DNA from: a bacterium
Lineage (GTDB): Bacteria; Zhuqueibacterota; Zhuqueibacteria; Residuimicrobiales; Krinioviventaceae
Assembly: GCA_963675755.2 (NCBI GenBank)
Contig: CAXXMD010000003.1
Location: forward strand, 2,112,001-2,176,000
Direction: 5' to 3'
Length of the DNA: 64,000 nucleotides
The notes beneath the pieces are model-generated. The model was not told where the DNA came from, did not search any database, and saw only the letters and a program-made list of their open reading frames with translations. This document shows, one piece after another, positions 9,494 to 20,409 of the stretch. Both the position numbers and the translations under genes were made by a program. The stretch's first letter is position 1, and each line of letters opens with the position of its first letter.

Positions 9494-9527
9494 AAGCCCT
9501 TCCTGATTCAGGAAGGGCTTTTTTTTT
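9494..9527 (+). terminator. Intrinsic terminator after glnA
   Basis: AAGCCCTTCCTG/CAGGAAGGGCTT stem plus T-run. Confidence 0.9.
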
Positions 9528-9682
9528 CTCTCATCCTGTAATTAACTCCCTCAAAACATTTAAATATGTCCTGACTTTGCGGATTGGACGTCTTAACCGG
9601 TAACAACAGACGTTTTTTACGTATAATCAATTATATTAAACTTAATAGATTTGTTTCTATTATCAACTTTTCAGGAAATATT

Positions 9683-10831
9683 ATGATGCAAAAAAAATAT
9701 TTTTACAGGATTGGAACGGTTATCATAATTTTGGTTGTGGGAATTGTTTCAATGGGCATATTGGGCTCAAATGAAATGCATAGCCAAAAAAGACCAACAA
9801 AACCCTCTGTACGTCTTGTTGAAACCACAGAGTTTTCATACCAGGACCATACAATAAAAATCAATGGTAATGGTTTGATAAAGTCAGCACGACAGCTGAA
9901 CGTTCTTTCAGAGGTGAATGGACAGGTTGTTTTTGCTGAAAATAATCTCAAGAACGGCACCTATGTTAAAAAAGATCAGTTGATTTTGAGTGTTGACACC
10001 CGGCAGCATGAGAATGATCTCTATGTGATGCGTTCAGCATTTATAAATGCTGTAGCCTCTATACTTCCTGATTTCAAGCTTGAAAATACAGACATCTATT
10101 CAAAATGGTACAATTATTTTCAGACTTTGAATATTCATCAAACTACACCCAATATTCCCGAAATTACAGACCCACGTGAAAAACTGCAAGTGAGCAGTAA
10201 CAATATTTTTAATGCCTATTACGCGATCAAGAACCAGGAAATCTTGCTTTCCAAATGCAAGATCAAAGCCCCGTTTGACGCCTTTATTATTTCAAATGGA
10301 GTTATGGAAAACAGTGTGATTTCGCAAGGGCAGCACCTGTTTGATTTGCAGGACGCGGTAAATCTTGAAGTTTCTGTGCCTCTATTAGTCCAGGAAGTAG
10401 AGATGTTGGATCTGCAAAATTCCCGCGTAAAAATCTATACACAGGAAAATCCCTTGTTATCAGTCTCCGGTAGAATCACCCGAAAAGCTAGCCAGTTGAA
10501 TGTTAATGCCCAAACCCTAAGTGTCTACGTTTCATTCCAGAACAAAGATTTGCTCGTTCCCTTTTTACCCGGAAATTATGTCAATGTTGAGTTTACCGGA
10601 CGTACATTTCATCATGCTGCGGCTGTTCCCAGAGAGTTGATAAATCGTGATAGTACGGTATATGTGATGCAGGATAGTGTTCTAGCACAATACAAGGTTG
10701 ATATTTTGTTTCAGCAAGAGGATGTTGCAATTTTAAAAGATACCCTGCCTGACAGTTTACGGCTGGTAACAACCCTGTTGCAAAAACCCGTTTTAGGTAT
10801 GCGTCTCCGTAACAGTTCAAATAACAGGTGA
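9683..10831 (+). CDS. RND efflux periplasmic adaptor (membrane fusion protein)
   Basis: N-terminal TM anchor, SEVNGQV/IKAPFD lipoyl halves and FLPGNYV motif; adjacent to an RND permease. ATG 9683 preferred over TTG 9584. Confidence 0.85.
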   Translation: MMQKKYFYRIGTVIIILVVGIVSMGILGSNEMHSQKRPTKPSVRLVETTEFSYQDHTIKINGNGLIKSARQLNVLSEVNGQVVFAENNLKNGTYVKKDQLILSVDTRQHENDLYVMRSAFINAVASILPDFKLENTDIYSKWYNYFQTLNIHQTTPNIPEITDPREKLQVSSNNIFNAYYAIKNQEILLSKCKIKAPFDAFIISNGVMENSVISQGQHLFDLQDAVNLEVSVPLLVQEVEMLDLQNSRVKIYTQENPLLSVSGRITRKASQLNVNAQTLSVYVSFQNKDLLVPFLPGNYVNVEFTGRTFHHAAAVPRELINRDSTVYVMQDSVLAQYKVDILFQQEDVAILKDTLPDSLRLVTTLLQKPVLGMRLRNSSNNR

Positions 10832-10838
10832 TAATGAT

Positions 10839-13800
10839 ATGAAAGCGTTAATACACTATTTTATAAAACATTCTGTTATCACAAACTGGATTATGCTGCT
10901 GATCTGCTTTGCGGGTATATTTGCTTTGTTTAATATTCAGCGACGTATTGATCCCCGGTTTGAGATTGAAGAAATAGAGGTTTACGTACCCTACCCGGGT
11001 GCATCTGCAATTGAGGTAGAAGAAGGCATTGTTATCAAGATTGAAGAACGATTAAGAGGCATGGAAGGTATTCTTGAAATCCGTTCTTCATCTACAGATG
11101 GCGGGGCAAGTATCAATATTGAAATGGCCCCGGATTACGATATGAATAAAGCATTACAAAAAGTCAAGAATGCTGTCAATTCAATCAACTCTTATCCTAC
11201 CGGTGCGGAAAAGCCTGTAATCTCACAAGAAGAACAATGGACCCGCGGGATTATGTTTAGTATTTACGGTCCTGATGATTTGTTCACTTTGAAGAAAATA
11301 GTCACCGAGTTCAGGGATGATTTACTGCGCACTGACGAGGTGTCTAATGTACAGATTTGGGGTTTGCCGGGGCGCGAGATTGTTATACATGTATCCCCAC
11401 TTGATCTTGAACGATACAAACTGACCATTGACGATATCTCTAATGCAATTCAAAACGCAAATATCAATATTTCATCCGGTTCGGTAGTGACCGACCGGGA
11501 ACAGATATTGATTCGTTCATACAACAAGTCGTATTATGTTGACGGCCTGGAGAATATTGAAATTGTATCAACAGTTGATGGCCAAAAAGTGTTGCTTTCA
11601 GATATTGCGCAAATTGTTGAGCAATGGCCGGAAAATGTTTTCTATTCAGAAAACAATGGTAAAAAGGCTGTGGCTTTTAATGTAATGTATAATAATAGTC
11701 AGGACGTTGTTGAAATAGTTGAAACTGCTGAACAACTGGCAAAAGAATATCAGGAAAAATATGATGGTTTGGTGCATTTTGATACTTTTATAAGAGAAAC
11801 CGATCAGCTGGAAGAACGCATAGACCTTATGACGCAAAATGGACTGCTGGGGCTTGTTTTGGTTCTGGTAATGCTTGGCATTTTTTTGAATTTAAGAATG
11901 TCATTCTGGGTGGCGTTGGGTATACCTGTTGCATTGCTTGGTATGTTTTTTACAATCTGGGTTTTGGGAATTTCCATCAATCAATACAGCTTGTTTGGAA
12001 TGATTATGGTGGTGGGAATTCTGGTTGATGATGGAATTGTAATTTCAGAAAGTATCTACACCCAATGGCAGGAATTTGGGAAAAAGCCGATTCAGGCCGC
12101 TATTGATGGCACCCTGGATGTTATAAAGCCGGTTATGATTTCAATTCTAACCACCATTGTTGCTTTTGTTCCGTATTACTTTTTTTATGGGTATATGGGA
12201 AAATATGTATGGCAGATGGCAACCGTCGTTATTGTATCTTTATTGTTTTCGATTATTGAAGCAGTTATTATTTTGCCCGCGCACTTGTCTCATTCACGGG
12301 CGCTACATCACCATGCTTCTGTTTCTTCTTTAAAACCAGTACAAAAAGGCCTGGACCGAGCCTCAAAAGGATTGCAGAATTTTTACAGTAAAGTATTAAA
12401 ACTTTCGTTAACAAATCGGTGGGCAATCTCTGCGCTGGTTGTAACAACCATATTGATCATGATTGGTTTATACCAGGGTGGGTATATTCGGTCTCAATTT
12501 TTTCCGGAACTTGAACCTCCCTATGCCAATTTGGAAGTTGTGCTACCCGCAGGTACTTCTGCCCAGGTCGCAGATAGACTGCGTGATGATTTGGTTAATA
12601 AAGTTCAGGCATTCGCTAAAGAATGGCAGCAAAAGACAAACAGCAATATATACCCCATAAGGAATTACAATTCGTGGATGGGTAGAGAAGGGATAACACT
12701 GTTTTTTGTTTTACCGGGTGCCGATGAGCGTGATTATACAATAGGCGAGTTTTCTGACGCATTGAGTGAATATATAGGAGATGTACCCGAGGCTGAAAAT
12801 ATAATAACCGGTGGGTACAGCTTTGGTGGATCACCGGTAAATGTTCGGTTTACAAGTCCGCACATGGAGCAGCTGCACAAGGCTAAAGATTTGTTAAAAG
12901 AGGCTCTGCGAAATATTGATGGCGTACGGGATATTCGTGATGACACGCCACTGGGTAGTAACGAGTTTGTGGTTGAATTAAAGCCGGAAGGCAAGGCCCT
13001 GGGATTCACATTGCTGGATTTAACGCGTCAATTAAGACAGGGATTTTATGGTGAAGAAGTAATGCGTTTACAGCGAGGCAGGGATGAGGTGAAAATCTGG
13101 GTTCGGTTCGATAAAAAGCACAGAATGGCGGTTAGCCAGATCGAAAACCTAAAAGTCCGGACTCCGGGTGGAGAGTTTGTTCCCTTTAAAAAAGTAGCGG
13201 ATTATCATATTGAACGAGGAATAAACCGGATACGACATGAAAATGGAGAGCGTTCTGTAACCGTATTTGCTGATCTGGATTATGATAAAAATGATCTGGG
13301 AGTGGTATTGCAGGAATTGAACTCAAAGATCATTCCGGATATTTTAACACAGGTAGAGGGTGTGAACCGAAGCTACGGCGGGCAGGCTGAAGAAGTTAGC
13401 AAGATGGTAAACTCTGTCAAGTACTCGTTTTCCATAGCTTTTGTTGTCATGTTTACAATATTGATGTTTTTATTAAAGTCATATATGCAGACGATTCTGG
13501 TGATGACTTTGATACCACTGGGTTTGGTTGGTGCTACAATTGGCCACCTCATTTTGGGATTACCCTTGTCAATTGTCTCTTTTTTAGGAGCTATTGCCCT
13601 TGCAGGTATTATCATTAATGATTCTGTTGTACTGTTGGACAAGTATAACAAATTGTTAAAGTCCGGTGTGGATGTAGAGAAAGCTTTGCTGGAGGCGGGA
13701 AACACCCGATTCAGGCCCATAATATTGACGACTATAACAACTGCTGCGGGGCTGGCTCCAATGATACTTTTAAAAAGTGAGCAGGGTCAGTTTCTGGTCC

Positions 13801-13973
13801 CCATGGCTGTGTCTGTTGCTTTTGGTTTACTGTTCGGGACTTTTGTTACCCTGGTTATGCTGCCATCTGCATTATATGTGATCAGTGATTTACGGAAATT
13901 AATCAGGCCCCAGAAATCAAGATTGGATCTGGAGCCTGCCTATAAAGTTGAATATGTCAATATGGATGTGTAG
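10839..13973 (+). CDS. RND efflux permease (AcrB/AcrD/AcrF family)
   Basis: 1044 aa; YPGASAIEVEE, GILVDDGIVISE and RFRPIILTTITT motifs. Confidence 0.95.
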   Translation: MKALIHYFIKHSVITNWIMLLICFAGIFALFNIQRRIDPRFEIEEIEVYVPYPGASAIEVEEGIVIKIEERLRGMEGILEIRSSSTDGGASINIEMAPDYDMNKALQKVKNAVNSINSYPTGAEKPVISQEEQWTRGIMFSIYGPDDLFTLKKIVTEFRDDLLRTDEVSNVQIWGLPGREIVIHVSPLDLERYKLTIDDISNAIQNANINISSGSVVTDREQILIRSYNKSYYVDGLENIEIVSTVDGQKVLLSDIAQIVEQWPENVFYSENNGKKAVAFNVMYNNSQDVVEIVETAEQLAKEYQEKYDGLVHFDTFIRETDQLEERIDLMTQNGLLGLVLVLVMLGIFLNLRMSFWVALGIPVALLGMFFTIWVLGISINQYSLFGMIMVVGILVDDGIVISESIYTQWQEFGKKPIQAAIDGTLDVIKPVMISILTTIVAFVPYYFFYGYMGKYVWQMATVVIVSLLFSIIEAVIILPAHLSHSRALHHHASVSSLKPVQKGLDRASKGLQNFYSKVLKLSLTNRWAISALVVTTILIMIGLYQGGYIRSQFFPELEPPYANLEVVLPAGTSAQVADRLRDDLVNKVQAFAKEWQQKTNSNIYPIRNYNSWMGREGITLFFVLPGADERDYTIGEFSDALSEYIGDVPEAENIITGGYSFGGSPVNVRFTSPHMEQLHKAKDLLKEALRNIDGVRDIRDDTPLGSNEFVVELKPEGKALGFTLLDLTRQLRQGFYGEEVMRLQRGRDEVKIWVRFDKKHRMAVSQIENLKVRTPGGEFVPFKKVADYHIERGINRIRHENGERSVTVFADLDYDKNDLGVVLQELNSKIIPDILTQVEGVNRSYGGQAEEVSKMVNSVKYSFSIAFVVMFTILMFLLKSYMQTILVMTLIPLGLVGATIGHLILGLPLSIVSFLGAIALAGIIINDSVVLLDKYNKLLKSGVDVEKALLEAGNTRFRPIILTTITTAAGLAPMILLKSEQGQFLVPMAVSVAFGLLFGTFVTLVMLPSALYVISDLRKLIRPQKSRLDLEPAYKVEYVNMDV

Positions 13974-13975
13974 TG

Positions 13976-15967
13976 CTAGATTGCTTGCTGCACAACCAAA
14001 TCAATAGAAGCTGCTTTTAATGATTCCTGCAGGAATTTGTGTATCTCTCCATAATATTTATTATGGACCAGTGTTTCTTCAATCTTGACATTCATTGTTA
14101 TAACCAGATTGTTCTCATTTTGGGTAAAGTTGAAACTTGAATACATTTTGCCGGGACCCTGTATCTGTTTGTTTTCAAGCTCTGTAGCAAGTTTATAGTT
14201 TTCCGGGATTGTTATATTCCATTTCATCATGAATTGAAAGGGAGTTTTGAAATCAATATGATTGAAGCGAATAGGGGCCGTGAAATTTTCAATATAGTTG
14301 TTCAGGCAATGATTATGTAATTTGACTGTAAGTAAAGAATCTATCTTTTGTCCTGGGGATTTTGATTGTCCTGAAATTTCGAGGTTGATTCGTTGGTTTT
14401 CAAGAAAATTGTCGAGGTGTAATGATTCAATACTTGAATAACAATATTTTTGAAAAGTGTTATTTAATCGGGATTCTACTTCTGATCTCTCAATATCATA
14501 ATAGCGCGTTCTGAATTGCTCAGCTGCATATCCTTTCAGGATCAATGCGGTTTGGTCCTGGGAATTCATGTTTTCATCCCAGTGAATGTTGTGGGTTTCG
14601 CTGGTTATATTGTTACTTGAAAGGATGTTATCTTTGAGTTGGTGAAAAGTGCCGCCTTGTTTGTCGATTACAACAAATTCAACAGATTTGTCAAACCAGG
14701 GTGATGTGTAATCAAAGGGGATGCTGGAATCAAAATCATACAACTTTTCCTGTCCGCCAATATTTGTCAATACAGCCAATCTGTCAAACCATCGAATTGT
14801 GGGTACTGATTTTTCGAAATTACCTTCGCGTTTGTCTCTTAACCAGACAATGCTTGAGGGGATATCCCATTTTTCCAATATTTTGTACATTGCATATGCC
14901 ATGTCTGATGCGTCTGCTTTACCCTTGTCGAAAATGCTATTGATCTCGTCACTCAGCGGATAAATAGAATTATAGTCTTCCAGAACAATAGTTTGACGCA
15001 GTGCTTTATACAAGCTGTCTGTTAATGCATAGGTTTTGTCAGAATCCTGAATTGAATTGTCAAAGCCCAGCTTTTTCAAATTGCCGTTACTCACATTATC
15101 TTTTTGAATATAGTCTTTGTAAAATTCTTCACCACGTCTCTCCCAGTTGGCAAATGGATAGTCAGAAGGAGACCATTTGTCAATTACAAATGCGGTAATC
15201 AACGATTGAGAATCAAAGGGGAGAGAAAGGGGTTCGTCGTTTATGCCCCGTAAATTTTGTAATGACCAAAAGTAGGTTTTCCCTGCACCTGCTGCCTGTT
15301 TTTGATCTACAATCTCGGGTTGGCCAATCTGATCTTGAGGAAAACTGTAAAAGTTTGCTGTGGATGTAAAGGGTAAGGTTAAATAGAGATTGGAATAGAG
15401 TATAAAGTCCCGCTCCTGATATGTAAAGATAGCAGAGGAATATTTTGAAAATCTGTCTTGAAATCTGTATTCAAGTTGCAGGATATCACCCACACCCAGG
15501 TCAGGGATCTTTAGCAGTACTTTTCTTGCAAGTGGAATACCCATGCTGCTTTCCCGGGAAACTGTGGGTTTTACATAATCGTCAGGCATGGTCCAGACAT
15601 CACCATTTTCTTTTAACACCCGTACATTTATATTAAAGTAATTGGGTATTTCATCACCAAAAGATTCATGATATTTAAATTCAAAAGTGCCATAGCGTTC
15701 TACTGCTTTTTCATTAAACAGTTTTACCAGCATTATGTTATTTTTTGTTGTGCTGGTTCCTTTGAGTTCAACGCCCCTGTAATAATATTCAGCATCATGT
15801 ACGGTATAGCTCTGTTCTTTCAGAATGATTACTGCATCCATGTTTTTAAAATTTTCTGGCGTGAGTACTTTTTGCAGTTTTTCTTCCGGAAGGTTTCTGG
15901 CAAATTCCGCAGACACTGTGATTGTTGCCAAAACAAGCATTAATAGAAATGTGATTTTGAATTTCAT
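13976..15967 (-). CDS. DUF3857 / transglutaminase-like protein (catalytic Cys apparently absent)
   Basis: Signal peptide, DAVIILKE, IPDLGVGDILQLEY (DUF3857-like). The core reads GKADASD where the partner has GDCKD. Confidence 0.7.
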   Translation of the reverse strand: MKFKITFLLMLVLATITVSAEFARNLPEEKLQKVLTPENFKNMDAVIILKEQSYTVHDAEYYYRGVELKGTSTTKNNIMLVKLFNEKAVERYGTFEFKYHESFGDEIPNYFNINVRVLKENGDVWTMPDDYVKPTVSRESSMGIPLARKVLLKIPDLGVGDILQLEYRFQDRFSKYSSAIFTYQERDFILYSNLYLTLPFTSTANFYSFPQDQIGQPEIVDQKQAAGAGKTYFWSLQNLRGINDEPLSLPFDSQSLITAFVIDKWSPSDYPFANWERRGEEFYKDYIQKDNVSNGNLKKLGFDNSIQDSDKTYALTDSLYKALRQTIVLEDYNSIYPLSDEINSIFDKGKADASDMAYAMYKILEKWDIPSSIVWLRDKREGNFEKSVPTIRWFDRLAVLTNIGGQEKLYDFDSSIPFDYTSPWFDKSVEFVVIDKQGGTFHQLKDNILSSNNITSETHNIHWDENMNSQDQTALILKGYAAEQFRTRYYDIERSEVESRLNNTFQKYCYSSIESLHLDNFLENQRINLEISGQSKSPGQKIDSLLTVKLHNHCLNNYIENFTAPIRFNHIDFKTPFQFMMKWNITIPENYKLATELENKQIQGPGKMYSSFNFTQNENNLVITMNVKIEETLVHNKYYGEIHKFLQESLKAASIDLVVQQAI

Positions 15968-17763
15968 TGTACTTCCCCTTTAAAAAATTGAATTGTTTTA
16001 GTGAAATCGGTTTGTGCTGATTGAAAGGTTTTTATGAATTCATTTTTTGTAGATTCGGTAAAGGGCCCCGGATGTATATCCAAAGAATATAAAAGTTTGT
16101 TTTGTTTAGAGTCTTTGCGTTGATATCCCTTTACGTCGAGATTAATATTAACGCGATTGTAATAGGGATAATAGTATAGCGCATCTGAATCAATTTCCTG
16201 AATGTCTGCCGGAAACAGCATATTGAAAATTCTTGATAAATTGCTGATGTAAGAATCGTTGATATTGACAAAGCAATTCTGTATTGTCAAATCACAGATG
16301 AATTGAATCGTGGTATCATTATAAACCGGATTTAGAGAGTGTAGCCGGAAATTATCTGTAATATTTTTGTGCAGCCAGGAATTGATTCTTTCATAGTAAT
16401 CACTGGTGTTATAATATTTTTCACTGAATAGAAACGGGATGGCAAACTGGTCTGACAAGGTAAATGTAAATTGACCTGTCAAGTCATTGTCTTTGATTGT
16501 GACATCGCCTGAAATGTCAAGCAGGTTTGTTTGAACTTGATCGATAGTCTTGATTTCCGAGTTGTTTTTACGAATAACCAGTGCGGATTTGTTTATGAGA
16601 TCAATATTGGTGATATCAACTCTGCCTCGCCTGTTTGTTCCATCATACCAGATATCCTGTCCGTTATAATTATAATGAACCAGCATATGATTAAACTGCG
16701 ATACCGGAAAGTCGAAAAATTGGTTTTCCCGACCTCTGTAAACCAGGGCTAAATTCGCATCCAGATTCAGGCTTTTAGCAAGACTGAATATCAAAGATGC
16801 ATAGTCTTTACAATCTCCGTATTTATTATAGAGGATGGTATCAATATCGTGGGGAATGATCTCGCCTTTCTCTAAATAATCCTGTTCGTATCTGACTTTA
16901 TCACGGCACCACGAAACAATTGCATCCATTTTTTCTTTATCTGTGTTGCATTCTTTGGTAATTGCCTGGGCAAGGGGTTTTGATTGGTCAGAAACAAGTT
17001 TTGATTTTACAAGGTTGATGTATTGATCGCCAAAATCTTTCCAGGAAGGAGGCAGGCTGGATTCACTTGAACCTATCTGTGCAAGTATAGTGGGTTCAGT
17101 ATTGAGCGGTTCAAAAATATAATATGTGTCTTGCGGAGTAAAAGAGTTCCAGTGAAAAGTATATGTTTTTACTCCATCAACAATTTCTGTAGTGGGGGTT
17201 TTGGTGTCATTCTCTACTTGCCAGTGAAGTGATTGATTCGCTGGCATTTCGAATGAACAAGTAATGTTTGAGGCTTGTATCGGGATTTGCTCAAGAGAAA
17301 AATACAATCCCAGAAAAGGAGCGGCAAGCTCGTGTTCGGTAATTACTTCAATAAGGTCACCCGGCTTTATGTCTTTGTCAATAGGCGCTATATATACATT
17401 TGCCGTGGAAATTCTGCTTTTATTACTAAGCCCCATCCTTGAAAGGTCTTTGATGGTGCAGCTCTTAATGGTTTTGTTATTGTGGATGATTCTGGCATTA
17501 TATGAAATCAGTTTTTCAAACGAGCTGTCGTATACGTGAAAAAAATCGGGACTGGTATTTCTGTTGCTGCCCATTTGAAAGATGCTATGGGTTTTTTTGT
17601 ATACACTATTATCAACTCTAAATTGTTGATGGTAATAGACAATAACATTTTGATTGGACGGCTGGTTTGAGATTTGTTCAAGAATGGTATTGTCCAAAAA
17701 TTTTCCTGAACTGCAATTTAATACGAGCAATCCAATCGTCAAGAAAAATAGTTTTTTCATCAA
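15964..17763 (-). CDS. DUF3857 / transglutaminase-like lipoprotein
   Basis: Lipobox LVLNC and a Cys-His-Asp triad in GDCKDY, FNHML and WYDGT. Confidence 0.8.
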   Translation of the reverse strand: MMKKLFFLTIGLLVLNCSSGKFLDNTILEQISNQPSNQNVIVYYHQQFRVDNSVYKKTHSIFQMGSNRNTSPDFFHVYDSSFEKLISYNARIIHNNKTIKSCTIKDLSRMGLSNKSRISTANVYIAPIDKDIKPGDLIEVITEHELAAPFLGLYFSLEQIPIQASNITCSFEMPANQSLHWQVENDTKTPTTEIVDGVKTYTFHWNSFTPQDTYYIFEPLNTEPTILAQIGSSESSLPPSWKDFGDQYINLVKSKLVSDQSKPLAQAITKECNTDKEKMDAIVSWCRDKVRYEQDYLEKGEIIPHDIDTILYNKYGDCKDYASLIFSLAKSLNLDANLALVYRGRENQFFDFPVSQFNHMLVHYNYNGQDIWYDGTNRRGRVDITNIDLINKSALVIRKNNSEIKTIDQVQTNLLDISGDVTIKDNDLTGQFTFTLSDQFAIPFLFSEKYYNTSDYYERINSWLHKNITDNFRLHSLNPVYNDTTIQFICDLTIQNCFVNINDSYISNLSRIFNMLFPADIQEIDSDALYYYPYYNRVNINLDVKGYQRKDSKQNKLLYSLDIHPGPFTESTKNEFIKTFQSAQTDFTKTIQFFKGEVQ

Positions 17764-17891
17764 ATCCCCAAATTGGTAAAAAAGCTAACAAGCTGATTTC
17801 CCCTAGCAAGTAGAGAACATTTATTAGTACCCCCAATTCAAAATTTTGCAGAAATTACTGCCCCAATTAATCCCCCTATGTGATTTGAATT

Positions 17892-20117
17892 TTATTTTTT
17901 AGTGATTTTGAGCGTTTTATTGCCGGTGATTTCTGTCATTATAAAATTACCTGACAACTCTCCGGTTGAGATGTTACCGTCCAGTTCAAATTCAGCTGTT
18001 TGATTATTAAATGAAGGCAGCCAAACCTGTGCAGTTGTATTGTCTGGAATGTCTGCATCCAATGTAAAAGATTCATCAATAACCTGTTCAAATTTAATTT
18101 TTACAGGTCCTTTAATAGTCGGTACTGTAGCCGTGCCGGATTCAAGATCGCCAACCTGGGGTTTGATCAAAATTTTTGAAAATCCTGGTTCCAGCGGCTG
18201 TACACCTACAAGATATCTGGGGATGATATTCGCTGGTGCTGCTCCCCAGGCGTGGTTCCAGTCCAGGTTGTTTTTGTATTTCCAGTCCCAGGCTTCAAGT
18301 GTTATGGTAGTGCCTACATTGTTAATCATGTGCGGCCAGCTGCGATCACTGTCGTTGGTCATAAGCCAGAGCGCATAATCATCTTCGCCTGCATTATATA
18401 GCGCTTCCAGTAAATATTGTGAGCCATAGACACTGCAAGCCATCCCTCTTGATTTAATAAATTCTACAACTGTGGGGAGGTATTCTTCAGGCACCATGTT
18501 GAACGCCAGGGGAACCATGTTGGCATGTAGCGCAGAGTGATTGGTAGACTCTCCGTCTTTGTAAATACCCAGTTTTTTATTGATAAAAACTTTATTGAAA
18601 GCAGTTTTAACTTTGGCAGCTTGATCAGCAAATTGTTTTGCTTCATCGGTTTTGTTTAATGCTGCCGCAATGTTGCTCATGATGACCAGGGTTTGGTAAT
18701 GGAATGCGTTTACAACAGTATTATAATCGGTCATTTCAAAATTGTCGCGTTCACCTGTTCCCCCTTCTGTAAAGGAGCCGGGAGGCCAGTCAACAATGTC
18801 TCGCATATTCCCTTCAAAGTGGATAGATTTTAAAACATCATCCGTTACCAGTCCGGTTGTGGTGCTAATCAACCCGTCTTTTCTTGCCAGCACCATAAGG
18901 CTTTTGGCTTTGAGGTCGTCATAATAGTGCTGCATAGATTCTGTATTTCCGGTGTACATGTAATCAGCCCATGCCATAAGGACTGAATGCAGAATCCATT
19001 CGGTAGGCCATGTAGGGTTTTCAATCAGATATTCATGGCTGTAGCGTGCCATGGTGTATTCTCGATCCACGCAATAATGTCCAAGCTGGTTTATATAGGC
19101 ATCTGCTTCATAAGGGATGCGTTCGCGATCTCCATCAAGATAAACACCGCAAAAAGAGGTTGCTTTGATACTGTACTTGCACAAATCCCAAACTGCATTA
19201 ATTACAGGATCAGCCGAATCGAAATAGGACGCGTTTTCGTTAAAGGGATAATGCACGCTAAGCATTCTGGTTTGAGAGGTGTCAATTTCCGATTCGGAAG
19301 AACGGATTTCAGCATAGCGAAAAGGTAAAACTTCCCCAATATAATCTGGCATATGGATAGCATGCTCTCGGGTGTTGCGTTTATCCGCGGGGATGGTCAG
19401 GGTATAGATTGATGTTTTGGGATTAATTTCAAGTTGAATTTCACGGTAGCGTATTGTACCACCGGGTTTTGGATCTATTCTTTCAGGACTTTTTAATTTC
19501 TCACCCAACGCAATTGTAAGCGTTTGCGGTTGTTTGACATTTTTAAATGCGAGTTGCAGCGTTCCAAAAGCATCACGGCCGAAATCAAGAAAAATCGTTC
19601 CATCGTTATGGTGAACAATTCTGTCAATAGCTACCGGAGTTTTCTGTAAGGGGTAACGGGTGGTTTGGTATTGATCTCCGGCCAGATCGGAAAGTGTAAA
19701 GGATTGAGGTTTTGAATATTTTAATTCATTATCCTGATCGTCCCAGGTTTTTACCCGCCAATAATAGGTGTTGCCGGGGGAGAGGAGAGCGCCGGCATAT
19801 TCAATATTTGATGATTGGTTTGATTCGGTTTTACCTGAATCCCAGATATCTGCGGCATTTGAGAATTTGTTATCTGTTGCTACCTGGATGCAATACGCGG
19901 ATTGCTGACTACCGGGAGATTTTGCGTTAAATATCCAGCTGAATTCCGGAGTAGTATCAAAAATTTCGGTGGTTTGTGGATTCTCGAGCAACTCGCACAT
20001 GAGCCCGGTTGGTCTTGTGTCTGTAGTAGAGCAGGATAGTGTGAAAAATGTAACCGCTAATAATAGCGATAAAATTAAAATAATGTTGGTAGGCGTCATT
20101 ATTTTTGGATTGTGCAT
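17892..20117 (-). CDS. Alpha-L-rhamnosidase (GH78), probable lipoprotein
   Basis: N-terminal PEFSW...WDSGK...YYWRVKTWD, LDFG, DGDRERIPYEADAY, TTITLEAW and NHAWGAAP motifs. Confidence 0.88.
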   Translation of the reverse strand: MHNPKIMTPTNIILILSLLLAVTFFTLSCSTTDTRPTGLMCELLENPQTTEIFDTTPEFSWIFNAKSPGSQQSAYCIQVATDNKFSNAADIWDSGKTESNQSSNIEYAGALLSPGNTYYWRVKTWDDQDNELKYSKPQSFTLSDLAGDQYQTTRYPLQKTPVAIDRIVHHNDGTIFLDFGRDAFGTLQLAFKNVKQPQTLTIALGEKLKSPERIDPKPGGTIRYREIQLEINPKTSIYTLTIPADKRNTREHAIHMPDYIGEVLPFRYAEIRSSESEIDTSQTRMLSVHYPFNENASYFDSADPVINAVWDLCKYSIKATSFCGVYLDGDRERIPYEADAYINQLGHYCVDREYTMARYSHEYLIENPTWPTEWILHSVLMAWADYMYTGNTESMQHYYDDLKAKSLMVLARKDGLISTTTGLVTDDVLKSIHFEGNMRDIVDWPPGSFTEGGTGERDNFEMTDYNTVVNAFHYQTLVIMSNIAAALNKTDEAKQFADQAAKVKTAFNKVFINKKLGIYKDGESTNHSALHANMVPLAFNMVPEEYLPTVVEFIKSRGMACSVYGSQYLLEALYNAGEDDYALWLMTNDSDRSWPHMINNVGTTITLEAWDWKYKNNLDWNHAWGAAPANIIPRYLVGVQPLEPGFSKILIKPQVGDLESGTATVPTIKGPVKIKFEQVIDESFTLDADIPDNTTAQVWLPSFNNQTAEFELDGNISTGELSGNFIMTEITGNKTLKITKK

Positions 20118-20344
20118 TTATGCTCCTGGATTGCAGTTAAAGAGTCTATTACCATGATTAATTTTAAACAGGATAACCTTTTGTGGTGCAGTGATATGTA
20201 ATTAATAGCTAAACTTAATAAACTATATAATTTGCAAAAATGCAAGTTTTATGATTCTAAAAGTCAATTAATTTTACAATTCAAAAATTTTTGCGACAGG
20301 CATGTTTGTTTTGCACAATTTTTTTCGCTTTTTGAATAATTAAC

Positions 20345-20409
20345 TTGACTCAAAAAAACAAATCATATATATTGTATAGTGTAGAAGGAATACATACTAC
20401 ATTTTGTGT
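20345..20409 (+). promoter_or_regulatory. Sigma-70 promoter with tandem NrdR boxes
   Basis: TTGACT-N17-TATATT (20345-20373). NrdR-box matches at 20362-20377 (weak) and 20394-20409 (ATACTACATTTTGTGT), 32 bp apart, upstream of nrdD. Confidence 0.7.
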
